The notes under the pieces: generated by a model
Databases searched by the model: none
Seen by the model: only the letters and a program-made list of their open reading frames with translations
Told to the model about the DNA's origin: nothing
From: Mayamaea pseudoterrestris
Lineage: Eukaryota
Length of the DNA: 64,000 nt
Assembly: GCA_027923505.1 (NCBI GenBank)
Contig: BROI01000006.1
Location: 1,116,001 to 1,180,000, forward strand
Direction of reading: 5' to 3'
Position numbers and translations under genes: made by a program
Shown: positions 11,401 to 24,028 of the stretch, in pieces
Numbering within the stretch: the stretch's first letter is position 1
Layout of the letters: each line of letters begins with the position of its first letter

Positions 11401-12346
11401 AATACCCGGCGGTCAGTACACCAATCTTTTGTTCCAGTCCAAGCAGCTTGGCTTGTCCGATAAGTGGACCGAAATTAAGCAAAAATACGCCGAAGCCAAC
11501 AAGGTGTTGGGTGATATTCCCAAGGTGACGCCATCAAGCAAAGTTGTCGGTGACTTGGCTCAGTTCATGGTGTCGCAAAACCTGGACGAGGCGAGCGTCG
11601 TTGAGCAGGCAGAGACGTTAGCTTTTCCAGATTCGGTCGTCAGTTACTTGCGAGGCGATATTGGTGCTCCTCCAGGTGGATTTCCCGAGCCCCTCCGTAC
11701 CAAGGTCTTGGCAAGTCGCAAGATTGATCCTATTGACGGACGACCAGGAAGTTTCTTGCCTCCGTATGACTTTGAGAAAGAAAAGGCATACCTCATCAAG
11801 CGCTACGGCGAAAATAATGTCAATGAAAAGGACCTCTTGTCGTACGCATTGTATTCAAATGTGTACAATGAGTACAAGGACTTTCAACTATCATACGGCG
11901 AAGTTTCAAAGCTAACTACCAATTTATTCTTGTATCCCATGGAGGTTGGCCAAGAATCCGAACTCGAGCTCTCGCCCGGCCGCACCTTGATCATTCGCCT
12001 CGTTTCGATTGAAAACGTGCAAGACGACGGCACTCGCATGGTACTCTTTCAAGTTAACGGCGAGAACTATTACATGAAGGTGAACGATTTGACCGGGCAA
12101 GGTGAACGCGTCGTTCGCGAAAAAGCCACGGAGCCAAACCATGTTGGATCACCCATGGCGGGCGTCGTGGTTGGATTAAAGGTAAAGGAGGGCAATCAGG
12201 TTGTGGAAGGCGAACCAGTGGCGACGCTGTCTGCCATGAAGATGGAAACGTCCATTCTAGCAACCATGAGTGGCACTGTCAAGCGTATCTTGGTGACGGT
12301 CGGTGCCAAAGTCAGTGGCGACGATTTGCTCATGGAGATTGAGTGA
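8497..12346 (+). CDS. PYC: Pyruvate carboxylase, plastid-targeted; exons 8497-9009 and 9089-12346
   Basis: Signal peptide plus SAF motif; ILAANRAEIA, IHP|GYGFLSE joined across a GT-AG intron (9010-9088); RDCSVQRRHQK, TWRDAHQSLLATR, HVHTHDT and biotinylation site AMKM. Confidence 0.97.
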
Positions 12347-12426
12347 GGCGCAAAGGATATAACCTCTACTACTTTTTTAACGTAAACAAATATGAGCAGC
12401 GTAGCCTCTGTAAATTTTTTCTCATA

Positions 12427-13296
12427 TTAACAGCACTGAAAGTTTCCATTTTCATTCGAGTTGGTTGAATCCAGTCGTCTCAAATCTACATTTGACGTTG
12501 GCGGCACAAATAGTTGTGGCTGCGAGCGTCGCTTATAGTCTTCATACTGCAGTGCCAACCGCGCCAGCTCCATGAACGCATCATCTACATTGAGAGCCGT
12601 CTTGGCCGATGATTCAAAATGTGGCAGGCTGCTACCGCTGCCACCAGCAAATGAAGGTTGCAGCTGATGTTCGTCGTTCGCCGCGTGAATCTGACACCAT
12701 TCCTCTCCTCGCTGCAATGGGATCCTTCGTTCCTTAATTTTATCAGTCTTGTTGGCGACAACGACAAATGGAAAGGGCGTTGCACTACCAAAGGCTTGTA
12801 ACGAAGATTGTGGTTGCTGCTGCAAAAACTCGGTCTTCCATCTCGTCAAATTGTCCAGCGACGCCACGTCCGTCACGTCGTAGACCAACATGGCCGCATC
12901 AGCTCCTCGGTAAAAGGCAACTCCAAGACTCTGAAACCGTTCCTGTCCAGCAGTGTCCCAAATTTGCAATATAACCAAATGTCGCTGTCCGTAAACGTCC
13001 GTGCACACCAACTCCTTGCTCAAGCAGTCGGCTCCAATCGTAGCTTTATACTGACCTGTAAATGCTCCAGTCGAGTAGCGATTCATGAGCGACGTCTTTC
13101 CGACGCTGTATAAAGAGTTTGTATGAAAGTAGAGATGGAGTCAGTTTAGTTGGAAACAAAGACTCTGAATGAATAAGCCTTCTGCTTGCTTCTTCCACGT
13201 GCGAACCCTTCAGAAACGCGCATGGGCATGAATGGATGGAACGTACCCACTGTCACCCAGAATGACAATCTTGAGCGTTTTCTTTTGGACGGACAT
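12427..13296 (-). CDS. RAB7: Rab7-like small GTPase; exons 13296-13247 and 13105-12427
   Basis: Spliced LKIVILGDSG|VGKTSLMN, YKATIGAD, WDTAGQERFQSLGVAFYRGAD, ANKTD, ESSAK, C-terminal CC prenylation site. Confidence 0.88.
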
Positions 13297-13844
13297 TATA
13301 ATAGATGGAAAATATAAGTTTAACTGTCGTGGAATAGGTCAAGTTTGTAATCTGCTTCAGCAAAGCATGGAACCGTTTGTATGCAAAATCCGCAACCCCG
13401 CGCCGTCGCGCCACCATAACAATTACTGGTGCGACTCAAACGAGTACCGAATCGACATTGATGAAGTTGTGGTTTCGCCCACTCGATTCTTGACGCGATT
13501 CTTGGTGCTAACTTGCTGCTCCAATCGAGCCATTGTACTACCATAGCCATTGAAGTTTTTGATTGACGTATTCAATTGTCATTTAGACTGTTTGGAATTA
13601 TTCTGGTGGGAATTGTCGACGATTCATTCAGCAGAAAAGCGAGAGATACGACGACGCGAATCTTCCACGTCTTTCAAGTTGCTGGTTTTGAATCACATAA
13701 TCTCTCTTGCTGAATCGATCTGCTGCTATATCAGACGAGTTGTTGAACGCAGCAGTTGTTTTTTGTGCCTATATTTGTAAAGGTCATTGGTGAGCGGGTT
13801 GAATAACTTTGTCATCGTCTTTCTGTAGTAAAGCCACAAGACAA

Positions 13845-15750
13845 ATGAGCATTTACAATTACTTGTTTGGAGGTTCCAGCAGCGACAGCAACAATAATGA
13901 AGAACAGCATGCAAGTTTAAGCAATAGCAATGGAAAGGGAGCCGGCCGCCGTGCTATCAATGGTAGTACCAAGGGAGATTCGCAGGAACAACCCGTGACA
14001 ACGCCATTGATATCCACAGAACAGACAGCCTTGCTCGTCAATAACGCAGGCTACAATAGTAATGGAAACAGCAATCAGGACAGTACGGAAGGGAAAGTGG
14101 ATAATGCGATCACGGAAGACGTTGCTGCATTGCCACCAATACAGACGCAGCAGCATACACTAAGATCGGCATACGATTTTTACTTTACACCAACCAATCC
14201 AACCATTCAAAACTACTATCGATTCACCGTCACACCATTACAACCAATGGCGGCACTACACAAGCGACCAGTGACTGCTGCGAATCAGCAGGATGTCAAC
14301 CAAAATGTGACTGGGATATTGAGACGGTCGGCCGTTGTTCCAAGTCACGGAACGGATGCATCTGGAACGTGGATATTAGGTGCGTTTGGCGAAAGAAGTG
14401 AAATTATATAGGCACAGCATTGTCTCACCATGATATACACTTCATTTCTTCATCGCTTGTCGTGTAGTTTCCGTCGGTGGCCGATCGGGATGGGCACGCA
14501 AACAAAGCGAATTATCAGAGTATCAACAACTTCAGCAGCCGATACAGCCGCAGCCAGCAGGCTTTGTCTTGGCCAGGACGTTTCGCGCCAAGGACGCTTG
14601 GATGGGCAATCATGCATTCTTGTTGAAAGGCAAAATTATGCTTGGATCGGACGCGCCGTCATTGTTCTTTACGAATGCATTGTTGTTGGTTGGTTTTGGA
14701 ATTTACTTTGGACTGCTGCTGCCGCGACTGCAAAAGGAACTGGCGCATCGGGTCGCTATTGGTGACCTGTCGTTTGTATTTTTATCTCACAATCCATCTT
14801 GGATATGGTGGACGAGCTTCGCACTTGCCGTCTTGACCATGCTGACACTCTGGGCTGCCGCCATGACGGATCCCGGAATACTTCCAGCGCATTCATCGCC
14901 ACACAAGCCGCCTCCGCCATCAGGAGCAGCTTCACTCATTGGCGGTCCACTAGGCTACAGGTATTGCTCAACATGCAACATTTACCGACCACCCCGATCC
15001 AAACACTGCAATTCCTGCAACGTTTGCGTCGACCGCATGGATCATCACTGTCCATGGATTGGCACTTGCGTCGCGGCTCGCAACTACCGATTCTTTTTCG
15101 TGTTTCTGGTTTGCGTTGCGGGCGTGACGATTCTGACAACCCTCGTGGCGGTGCAACTAGTGCTAATGACATATGCAAGTGTTCTTGCCAGTGAGGCATT
15201 GCCAGGCGTGGGCCCGCAAATTATCACCATGCCACCAGCTGGCGACTTGCCGCCGCCGCCGCCATTGCTTCGAGGCATTAGTCGACATCATCATGGCGAT
15301 GCGCCAGTGCTAAAAGATTTTGCCAAGTACGGCGAGCACACGACGCATATTGTTTGGAGAACGCTGCTGCATCAACCAGTGACGGTTATCTTTGGCATTT
15401 TCAACTTTTTGTGTGCATGGTCGCTCCTTTCGCTACTCGCCTACCATGCCATGATTATATCCGTCGCGCAAACAACGAATGAGCGCGTTCGAGGCGTGTA
15501 TCGGTACGCGTCGGCGGTGAATGTTGACGATCAAGGGTGCATGCGCAACTGGTGGAATGCCCTTTGTCGCCCACGTAAGCCAAGCCTTTTGCCGCCCGAC
15601 TTTTCCGAGCTGGTGGTTTGCGGTGATTGCACTCGAGAAAGTGAATGGTCTGGTGACTTGCAGATTGGCATGGCGCCTGATGGAAGAACATCGAGCGCAG
15701 ATTTGGATGCTGGCATTGACGTGCCAAATGAATATAATGTAACAAGTTAA
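13845..15750 (+). CDS. DHHC palmitoyltransferase (ZDHHC9/14/ERF2-like); exons 13845-14379 and 14468-15750
   Basis: TDPGILP, YCSTCNIYRPPRSKHCNSCNVCVDRMDHHCPWIGTCVAARNY and TTNE motifs; a GT-AG intron joins two ORFs in frame. Confidence 0.92.
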
Positions 15751-15801
15751 AGTTATACATTGTAAGTATGCATGTAAATATTGTGAATCATAATACTCCA
15801 A

Positions 15802-16375
15802 TCAACCATTATTCTTGGCTCTTCCTTCGGCAAAGTCCTTCATCTTTTGCTCGTGCTTATCCAAAGTACTCGACGGCATGGATAAAAACTCGCCCGGCAT
15901 GCGTTTGCTGCTCCCTCCTCTTCCTTCCTCTTGATACATGGCGTAATAACCGGCATCCTTTTTGTATTGTCCATTTTCAAAGTCCCAATTCGAGTCCTTG
16001 CCAACGTCTCTAGAGCCGCTATTGTTGAAGGCGCCTCGTCTTGCTTGAGCGGCTGTCAATGGAGTCTCCTTCTCGTTGAGTTTGATCCACCACGTAGCGA
16101 GTAATGGAAATGAAGCTGCAGTTCTGTGAATAGATTATAGAATCGGTATTTGTGAGAATGAGATCATCTCAACTTTAAAAAGAATGAACGCAAGACGAAG
16201 GAACAATATAATACTGTACGCACCCCACTAGAGCAACGCATCCTCCAGCGATCCATTTCATGCTTGCTGGAACTCCTTGCTGCTGCTGTGAAACCCTTTC
16301 ATTCAAGGGTCTGGGACTCACATGGCGTCGCAGCTCGCGGGCAACGTGTGGAGGAAGCTTCTTGAGCGATGCCAT
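15802..16375 (-). CDS. Small single-pass protein (157 aa), possibly mitochondrial; exons 16375-16224 and 16123-15802
   Basis: GT-AG splicing gives a basic N-terminus, a TM segment (WIAGGCVALVGTAASFPLLATWW) and PLTAAQARRGAFNNSGSRDVGKD. Confidence 0.7.
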
Positions 16376-16589
16376 GGTCAAAGGCGAATGTGTGATTAAT
16401 CGAGGTGCTTGATGGACTAGATGAGAACCGGTCCGACAATTTATATGGAATTTTGTCGAATCACAAAACTACCGCACTTCGAATAGCCTGTGATACCGTA
16501 ATTTAGTCTATACTTGTGTATCTGATATGTTTGTGTAACGACTCAGGAGCCAGTGGTACATTGCGTCTGCTTTCGACGGATTCCACTCA

Positions 16590-19500
16590 TCACGCCCACA
16601 AGTTGCGAATGCTGGACATTAACCCCGTGCTCTCGGCTGCAGCATTGCCACTGGACTTTAATCCAGCCGGAGATGAAAACAGCTTGCGGGAAGGACTCAT
16701 GCCAGTCGGTCCGCTCATGTATTCAGCCTCGCAAGAATCGGCAATTCCAAGTATGCTTTCCACCAAACGCGTGTCGCGACAACTCTCCTGTACCAAGTCG
16801 ACAATCGACGCCAAGGCCTTTTGGTATTGTAGGCGACTGTGAACTTCGGCAACGTAGGTAGCTTGCTTCATTTTCAATTCCTCCTTGAGCTCGACTTGCG
16901 TGACACTAACCTTTTGCAACGTGCCCTTGCAGGAACCAAGTTCGGTTTGTAGCTTCTCGTTTGTCTTGGCCAGTTGCTTGGCGTGTTGATTGAGGGCTGC
17001 GAAAGAAGCTCCAGCGGAAGCATTTGCGTCCATGAGTCGCTGATTGTTTTCTTTGAGTAGGTCAAAGTCTGTTCGCATTTGGGCGTTTTGGCTGCGGAGC
17101 TTGAAGACTTCCTTGCGCAAATATTCCAGCATTTTGCCGCTTTCGTCCATGAGTCGCTGCTGCTGTTCAGTAATTTGCTGTTGTTCCTGCTCCCGCAGAT
17201 GGTGTTGCTGCTGCGATTCAACTGCAGATTGAAAGGATTCGCCGTCACGTTCGTCCTCAACCATTTCAAACGTCGCGGGGACACTGCCAAGCTCCGATAA
17301 CGATGTTTCCTTCTCTTCCTTGTACTGTTCAACAGCCTTCCGAGCTCGTTCCTCCGCCAAACGCTCGGATTCAATGTGGCGCTGCTCAGCTTCCTCGAGC
17401 TTTCGCTGAAGCGCGGCGAGTTGATTCTCAAGCTTAGCTTCGTCTTTCTTGTCTTGTAGCGCCTGTCGATACTTAGGTCGCTGCAAGCTCCCTCTTGACA
17501 TGGTTTGAATGACGATAGCAGCTCCTTTCTTGGCACCAAAAACACTCCTATCTCTGGAAATGCGCCAACGAGTTTGGATAAGGGTAGCTTTAAAGTTTCG
17601 GTCCAAGTCCAAGCGATACCTTTGCGCTAAGATGATGCGGACGCAGCACTGAACCACAATCGACGAGTTTCGCAGTCGCAGGAATGTGACACGCTTCACC
17701 CGCATTCGTTCAAAAGCAGCCACGCGGATGGAAAGCCACCGCAATTTGCGATAGCGACGACGACAAAGAAATTCGCGACTAATCTTCTGGATTTCAACGG
17801 CCCAGATACCTAGTGCTCTAACACGTTCCGCTTCAAGATATTCCAAAGCACCAGCGCGAAAATAGACTCTGGTGCGCCCAATTACAAAAGCCTTTAAAAC
17901 CTTACCATCCTCGCGAGCAATCTCAATCTCTTTAAGCGCCTTAGTGAGCAGGTGGCCGACCAGCTTGGCATTTCTCACGTCGGGATCCGACTCGTCATCA
18001 TCGGCATCCTTCGACGATGTCAAGTTAAGTGCATGAACATGCTCACCCTTGGGCCATAGTGCTCTAAACCGATCCAGCACAACGATCAGCTCCAATCGGT
18101 TGGGAAAAGCTGAGCGCGATATAGTAACTGCAGCAACCACACCCGCACATCGAAGCTGTTCGACAGTCGAATTGTGCTGCATGAGGAGAGGCTCCTTCAG
18201 CGTGTTTGGTTTAATGCATCGAATGTATCGCGTCCTCGTCTTTTTCAGTGTCTCCATGAGATCCTCCAATTGATTTCGAAATTTGGTCCAGACAGTTTCC
18301 TGAACCATGCTGCTCCCCTTTTTCTGTGGTACCGACTTGGAGTTTGCAGGCGACTTTTTGGGAGCGGGTGCCTTTCGAGGCGTTTTTGCGGCCTTGGTGG
18401 GAGACGTATCCATCATGGAGTCGTTAGTGAGCTCGTTCTTCAAAATGTCGTTTGTGCTCTTTGCTGCAAGTTCCATGTAATCGATCGGTAGTGTATCCAT
18501 GTTTTTCGTGACAAAGTTTTGCGAGTCGTAGACAACCTTGCCGGCGTAGTGAATAATTCCAAACTCAAACTCGGAGAATTGCGCCAACGTGTAAAAGCAA
18601 GGGCTTTCCTTATTCATTGCCTTTGCTTTCGATACATAGGATTTGTCGTTGCCTCCAGGACGAACGCACTCCTCGTTGAGGAATGCAAGCAGTCCCATTC
18701 GTCCCTCCACTAAATCCAACACATCTGTATTGTCATCGTATGTAATCTCACCAAGTTCAATACCTTCGTACTCATATTCAGCTTGGACGGAACGGAAAAT
18801 ATCTTGAGTAAATCTCGCCTGCAATTTCTCGTTAGCGTAATTGATGCAAAGCTGCTCGAAGCGGTTCGTCTCGAACACTTCAAAACCGAAAATATCCAAC
18901 ATGCCAATTATACCGTATTCCTTCTTCTTACCAACGCCTTCATAGTTATGTTCTGCGCAAGTGGCGGCGTTAATAGCCCGAACCAGCCACAGAAAGGTTT
19001 TTGCGTAAATCTCCTTTGCAAACGCATCACAAGAATCCTTGGCTTGGACAGCGTTGAGTGGTACTTTAAAAGCTTCATTTCGGGCTGTAATAGTTCGCAC
19101 TGTAAACGCTGGCAACATTTCGTCCTTGGGAACGCCCAACAGCTCAGATAGATCCGCAAACTCATCCTCCGACGTGATAACGGACCGGTCATGGTCGGCC
19201 TCGTCCGACTCGAATACCAAGTTGCCAAGCTGGAGAACAATGCAAATGGCTCGCATCAGTGAGGTCAACTTGTCATCCTTGATACCAACGAGTGCAAGAC
19301 TGTCGCAAGTTTGACGAAAGCGATCCGCATCGGACGTTCCTTCAATGGATTCCGTCTCGGTGAAACCAACGTAAGAAAAGGACTCATTGTCGGTATTTTC
19401 CAAACCCTTCCAAAAGCGCGTCTTGACGTCGTCGTCAGCGGCAAGCAATTGATAGAATATATGATAGGTTCGCTCCTCCTCCTCGTGACTGACAACTCGA

Positions 19501-20537
19501 CTCTTTTCCAGCAAATAAACTTCGCACTTGCTACCAGCCAGAACACACGATGGAACACACTTGCCAGCATAGGCGGCACTGACAGCATCCTCGGCGTCAA
19601 ACTGCAGTTGAATGTACTTGCCGAAACGACTAGAATTATCGTTACGCCGCGTCTTGGCATTGCCAAAGGCTTCCAATAGTGGATTGCTGTCCAAGACGCG
19701 TTGTACAATGGGTGATTCATCTTGCGACTGCTTTTGAGTCTTACTGCTGCTACGGCCAACATGGCGCTGGACACTAGCCAAGTCGCTCAACAATATTTTG
19801 ACAGTTTCCGTCTTGCCAGCTCCAGATTCTCCACTGACTAGAATGGATTGATTTTCGCCTTCGACTGCCAAGCCTCGATATGCCAAGGAGCTTGTTTCGT
19901 AAACATGTGGCGCCAAGTGCGTTCGTGCATCCATCTCCGGCGGATCATAGACTAGTGCCTTGGCATACTGATTGCGAGTATTTTCAGCGTAAAGGTCGTG
20001 GTACCACTTGTATGGGTTGCAAGCGATAATAATGTCTCCGGTTCGAGTGTATGGAAGTGCGCGTGAATGTCGCGACTTCAAGTTGTACAAAATGGCAGCC
20101 TATAAAATGTGAAAGAAGTGATTGAGAAATGCGTCCAATGACCTCTTTGTCTGTTATTGTTTCGTCTATCAAAACCATTGATCAACTCTATCTCAATGCA
20201 TATTTACCTCATGAAGAAACGGCAAATCTACCATGTCTGGAACCTCTCTCAAAACTCCATTTTCTTTGACATTCTGCAAGGGAAACGCTCCATTTATGTA
20301 TTCCTTCAATTCAATAACCTTCTTCTCGTGACGCTTGGCTTGCTTGCCGCCATCCGATTGAATGGTTAACTCATCCTTGTAGACTGGAACGCTAACAGTC
20401 GCTGTATTCGCCGTTGCATCCTTTTCTAATAGCCTGCAGGGAATCCAAGCATGTTCGGGACTGCGAATGTAAACGTGATTCGATGTATCAAGGGAAAGTA
20501 AGTTGTTTGTCGTAGTAGTAGAGGAAGCGTCCGTCAT
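16590..20537 (-). CDS. Myosin heavy chain (motor, IQ motifs, coiled-coil tail); exons 20537-20208 and 20099-16590
   Basis: DMVDLPFLHE|AAILYNL, GESGAGKT, LEAFGNAKTRRNDNSSRFGK, LDIFGFE, FEQLCINYANE, YIRCIKPN; IQ-like repeats and a coiled-coil C-terminus. Confidence 0.96.
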
Positions 20538-20624
20538 GGTCGTGTTTGTTGAATGGATGATTGCATTGGAGGACGCGACCTTGCACCTTGTCGTTTTCCG
20601 CGATGCAGTCGGAATACTAAATTC

Positions 20625-20968
20625 TTTCACTGGCAGTCGTTTCGTATTATTGCCTTTATGACGCAGTTTTCACTGGCACTCGTTTCCTATTAAAGCCTTG
20701 TGACGTAGTTTACAATGGCACTCGTTTCGTACTATTGCCTAATGACTCATTTTTCACTGGCACTTGTTTCGCTCGTTTGTCTCATGACGCAGTTTTCACT
20801 GGCACTTGTTTCGTACTATAGCCTAATGATGCAGTTTTCACTGGCATTCGTTTCGTGCAATTGCCTGATGACGTAGTTGACACTGGCACTCGTTTCATAC
20901 TATTGCCGTATGACGTAATTGACACTGGCACTTGTTTTCTAGTATTGCCTAATGACGTCGTTTTCATT
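20625..20968. repeat. Family-A 42-bp tandem array, 8 units, reverse orientation, between the divergent myosin and XRN genes
   Basis: Unit ~tttcactggcactcgtttcgtactattgcctaatgacgtagt; ggca core at 20632, 20675, 20717, 20759, 20801, 20843, 20885 and 20927. Confidence 0.95.
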
Positions 20969-21139
20969 ATTTTTTCATTGACTGGTTCACCACGCGAGCC
21001 TTCGCGAAAGCTGCATCATTCTACTCATCAAACATGACCAAGTTTTGCCCTCTTTATGAACTGCACCTTGCACAAAAACAATCAAACTTCCTGCTGCTAA
21101 TTATCGGAAAGTCAGACAGTAGTTTCCGAAAGCTTTGAA

Positions 21140-23917
21140 ATGCTTCGACAGCTGCTCCTGTCCCTTCCTTTGGTGAGTGCCTTTCTTGCGTCTCAGCTAC
21201 CGACACATTCATCATCATGGCAGCATTCGTCGCGAACAAGTCTCTTTGGAATTCGAGGTTTTCGAAGTTGGTTCGAGTCTCAATTTCCAGGAGCCATGAC
21301 GACTTTGGCGAATGACAGGCAGCATTCCGAATCCTTTGACCACGTCCTCGTGGACATGAATCAACTACTCCATGTTTGCGTGCGCAAGTCGCGGACCGAA
21401 GGACATGCACTCGTCTTGTTAATCAAGGAGCTTGATGCATTGGTGACATTGGCGACGCCACAAATTTCGCTCGTCTTGGCCATGGATGGACCGCCGCCGG
21501 CTGCCAAGCTTGCGACGCAACGAAGTCGACGGTATTCATTGCTGCGTAAGGCCGAATGGCGACGAAAGAATCTGCGAAAGATCAAGTATTTGGATGAAAA
21601 GGAGGTTGCTCGAAAGCAGAAAAGGACCGCGGCAGATGCTAAGACACTCTGCATCACTCCAGGGACGGAATTCATGGAGCGGGCGCACCAGGCAGTCATG
21701 TACTGGGCGTGGCAGCGACTTGATTCGAAAAATTCCATTTTGGCAAAGAATACGGTGCAAATTTATATTAGTCCATCGAATGTACATGGAGAAGGAGAAG
21801 TGAAACTTCTAGCATGGATCTACGATCATCAACGACGGCACAATCAAGAATCCATTGCAATCTACGGAGGTGACTCGGACTTGGTGTTGGAGGCACTGAC
21901 AATTCCGACAACCATTACCCACAATGTTTTCGTGTTATTACCGGAAGGGAACAGGAAACATTTTGCTATCAGCTTGTGGGAGACGACTCGTATTCTCATG
22001 GCAAAGCTGCCAAACAACAATATCGTTCATTTACGGACCGACCTTGTGTTGCTATTGATTCTCAATGGAAACGACTACCTTCCAAAGCTGCGAGGGTCCA
22101 GCGGCTTTCACAAGCTCTTTCAGTCGTATGTTGCGCTGCAAAAGTCATTCCCGGGGAATTTGGTGGATCCGGATACGCTCGAGTTCAATCTACAATTTTG
22201 CACTGCCTTTTTCAACAAGCTGGCCGAATCGGTTCCGCCATTTTTAAATGAAATATGGCTGCGGCAATCGACTGGCAATCAAATTGACGCTGACATGACC
22301 GTCTTATCGCAATTACATAACTATGTCGCGTCAGGGTATCTACCTGGACCTGTCGAATTTCACGTAAAGCCGACCGCGAATACAAACGTTGAGGCAGAGG
22401 ATGACACTACCTACTTTGATGCTGTCGACGACGATAGTGAAATGAGCGCTGCAACAAAGGACGACGATGGTGACGACGCCAACGTTCTTGTTCAGTTGCG
22501 TATTGGAGTAGCTGGATCGACTGACTTCTGCGTGTATGAGACGTGTAACTATGGTTCCGGTGATTTGAAGCTTGCCAAGCAAGAGCTAGCCAGTATGGCG
22601 TTGGATGACCTCTTCACTTTGGATGAAGAAATCACGATCAACGAGGAAGATGATGAGCTGGATATTTCGGATCCAGGATATGACTGGGAAGTGCAAGGCG
22701 CTGATGCGAACATTCAAGATTACTTGTATGGACTCCTTTGGAACTTACAGACATACCAGGACGGTATTTGTGCCGATTATGCCTTTAATTATGGCAAGAA
22801 GCATTCGCCAACTGCTGCCGATATCGTCAAATACTTTAAATTGGCTGTTGATGCTAACGAGACGATAGGCATATCGAGTTTGAAGCAGCAACCATTTTCG
22901 CCGGCAATGTCTGCAGGCGTTGCCTGTCTCGCGGCTTTGCCTTCTGCAGTGAAACACCTTGTCCCCCAGCCGTATCGGCTAATTTTGAATGAGACAGTCG
23001 AAGCTATATACGCGAGTTGCATCAGTCGGGTCGACAATGTGTTTGACTCGAATCGCTTCCAGAATCTATGCGATGCGGAGCTTGCAAAGCTCAGCATCGA
23101 CGCGAAAGACACCACCTCTTCCACCGCGTCGAATTCTTGCTGGACTGTCCTCTCCAAGTCTGACCGGCCATTGCTATCTCCGCATGTTCCACCGTTGCCA
23201 TTTTCGCAAAGATTGATAGCGCTGCGACCGAGTAATCGAATACGAATTAATCTCGTGCCTTATTTGGATCGACCTCGACAACGACTTTCTTGGAGCATAT
23301 ACAACAATTCGCACCGGAAGCGTGATGTTGTCCATTCTGAACTGGTTCCGTTCATGAGTAAGCTTGAGTCTTTAGAGTCTGTTCGATATAAGAAAGCGTA
23401 CATTCACACGAGTACAACCAGCTGTCACGCAAGAACAGTTGATGAGCGAAAACCAACGACTAGGGGTGCGAAGGACTGGAAAAATCGAATACGCAACGAA
23501 GACAATGAACGTCTAAAGCCCAGTATTGCAATTAAAGGCCGTCATGGGGTCCATAAAGGCAGTTTTGCAAAGACAACGCTCGACAACGCTCCAGCCATAG
23601 AGTCGCTCCAGCTTAGTGATGGCACCACGGCCGTGGCATGCCTTGGACAGCTCGTCGACGCAGGCCTTATACGCAACGTACACTGGGACGTTCCTGTCGA
23701 CAGTGAATCCGACGCAGGAGACATCTACGAAACACTCGACGTGAGAGTGTCTACCGCGGAAAGGCAATTGAGAGTGGAATGCGAGCGGAAGAAAAAAGCA
23801 GTAACAAGAAAAGTTGCAAAACAATACATGGCAGCTCAGTTACTCGAGCAGATGATAGGTGTCGGCCCGGATTGGCGCTTGATGACTTTTAAAAAGCTTA
23901 GAGACAAAGTCACTTGA
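21140..23917 (+). CDS. XRN-family 5'-3' exoribonuclease with bipartite (signal peptide + SAF) presequence
   Basis: GIRGFRSW, DHVLVDMNQLLH, AMDGPPPAAKLATQRSRR, ITPGTEFM, GEGEVK, GGDSDL, GNDYLP, YLYGLLWNLQTYQDG. Confidence 0.9.
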   Translation: MLRQLLLSLPLVSAFLASQLPTHSSSWQHSSRTSLFGIRGFRSWFESQFPGAMTTLANDRQHSESFDHVLVDMNQLLHVCVRKSRTEGHALVLLIKELDALVTLATPQISLVLAMDGPPPAAKLATQRSRRYSLLRKAEWRRKNLRKIKYLDEKEVARKQKRTAADAKTLCITPGTEFMERAHQAVMYWAWQRLDSKNSILAKNTVQIYISPSNVHGEGEVKLLAWIYDHQRRHNQESIAIYGGDSDLVLEALTIPTTITHNVFVLLPEGNRKHFAISLWETTRILMAKLPNNNIVHLRTDLVLLLILNGNDYLPKLRGSSGFHKLFQSYVALQKSFPGNLVDPDTLEFNLQFCTAFFNKLAESVPPFLNEIWLRQSTGNQIDADMTVLSQLHNYVASGYLPGPVEFHVKPTANTNVEAEDDTTYFDAVDDDSEMSAATKDDDGDDANVLVQLRIGVAGSTDFCVYETCNYGSGDLKLAKQELASMALDDLFTLDEEITINEEDDELDISDPGYDWEVQGADANIQDYLYGLLWNLQTYQDGICADYAFNYGKKHSPTAADIVKYFKLAVDANETIGISSLKQQPFSPAMSAGVACLAALPSAVKHLVPQPYRLILNETVEAIYASCISRVDNVFDSNRFQNLCDAELAKLSIDAKDTTSSTASNSCWTVLSKSDRPLLSPHVPPLPFSQRLIALRPSNRIRINLVPYLDRPRQRLSWSIYNNSHRKRDVVHSELVPFMSKLESLESVRYKKAYIHTSTTSCHARTVDERKPTTRGAKDWKNRIRNEDNERLKPSIAIKGRHGVHKGSFAKTTLDNAPAIESLQLSDGTTAVACLGQLVDAGLIRNVHWDVPVDSESDAGDIYETLDVRVSTAERQLRVECERKKKAVTRKVAKQYMAAQLLEQMIGVGPDWRLMTFKKLRDKVT

Positions 23918-24028
23918 TCCTTCTGCGTGTATATGAATATTTACATTGCAGTTGTTGACCCTTGCGTAAGGTTTGAATCGCTGCTGCTGCCATGATTCTT
24001 TACGCTATACGCTTGGTTGTCATATACA

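Noticed and set aside
9091..12263. Long antisense ORFs over pyruvate carboxylase (similar ones over myosin, anoctamin and gag)
   Set aside because: Shadow ORFs opposite well-supported genes, with no independent motifs.
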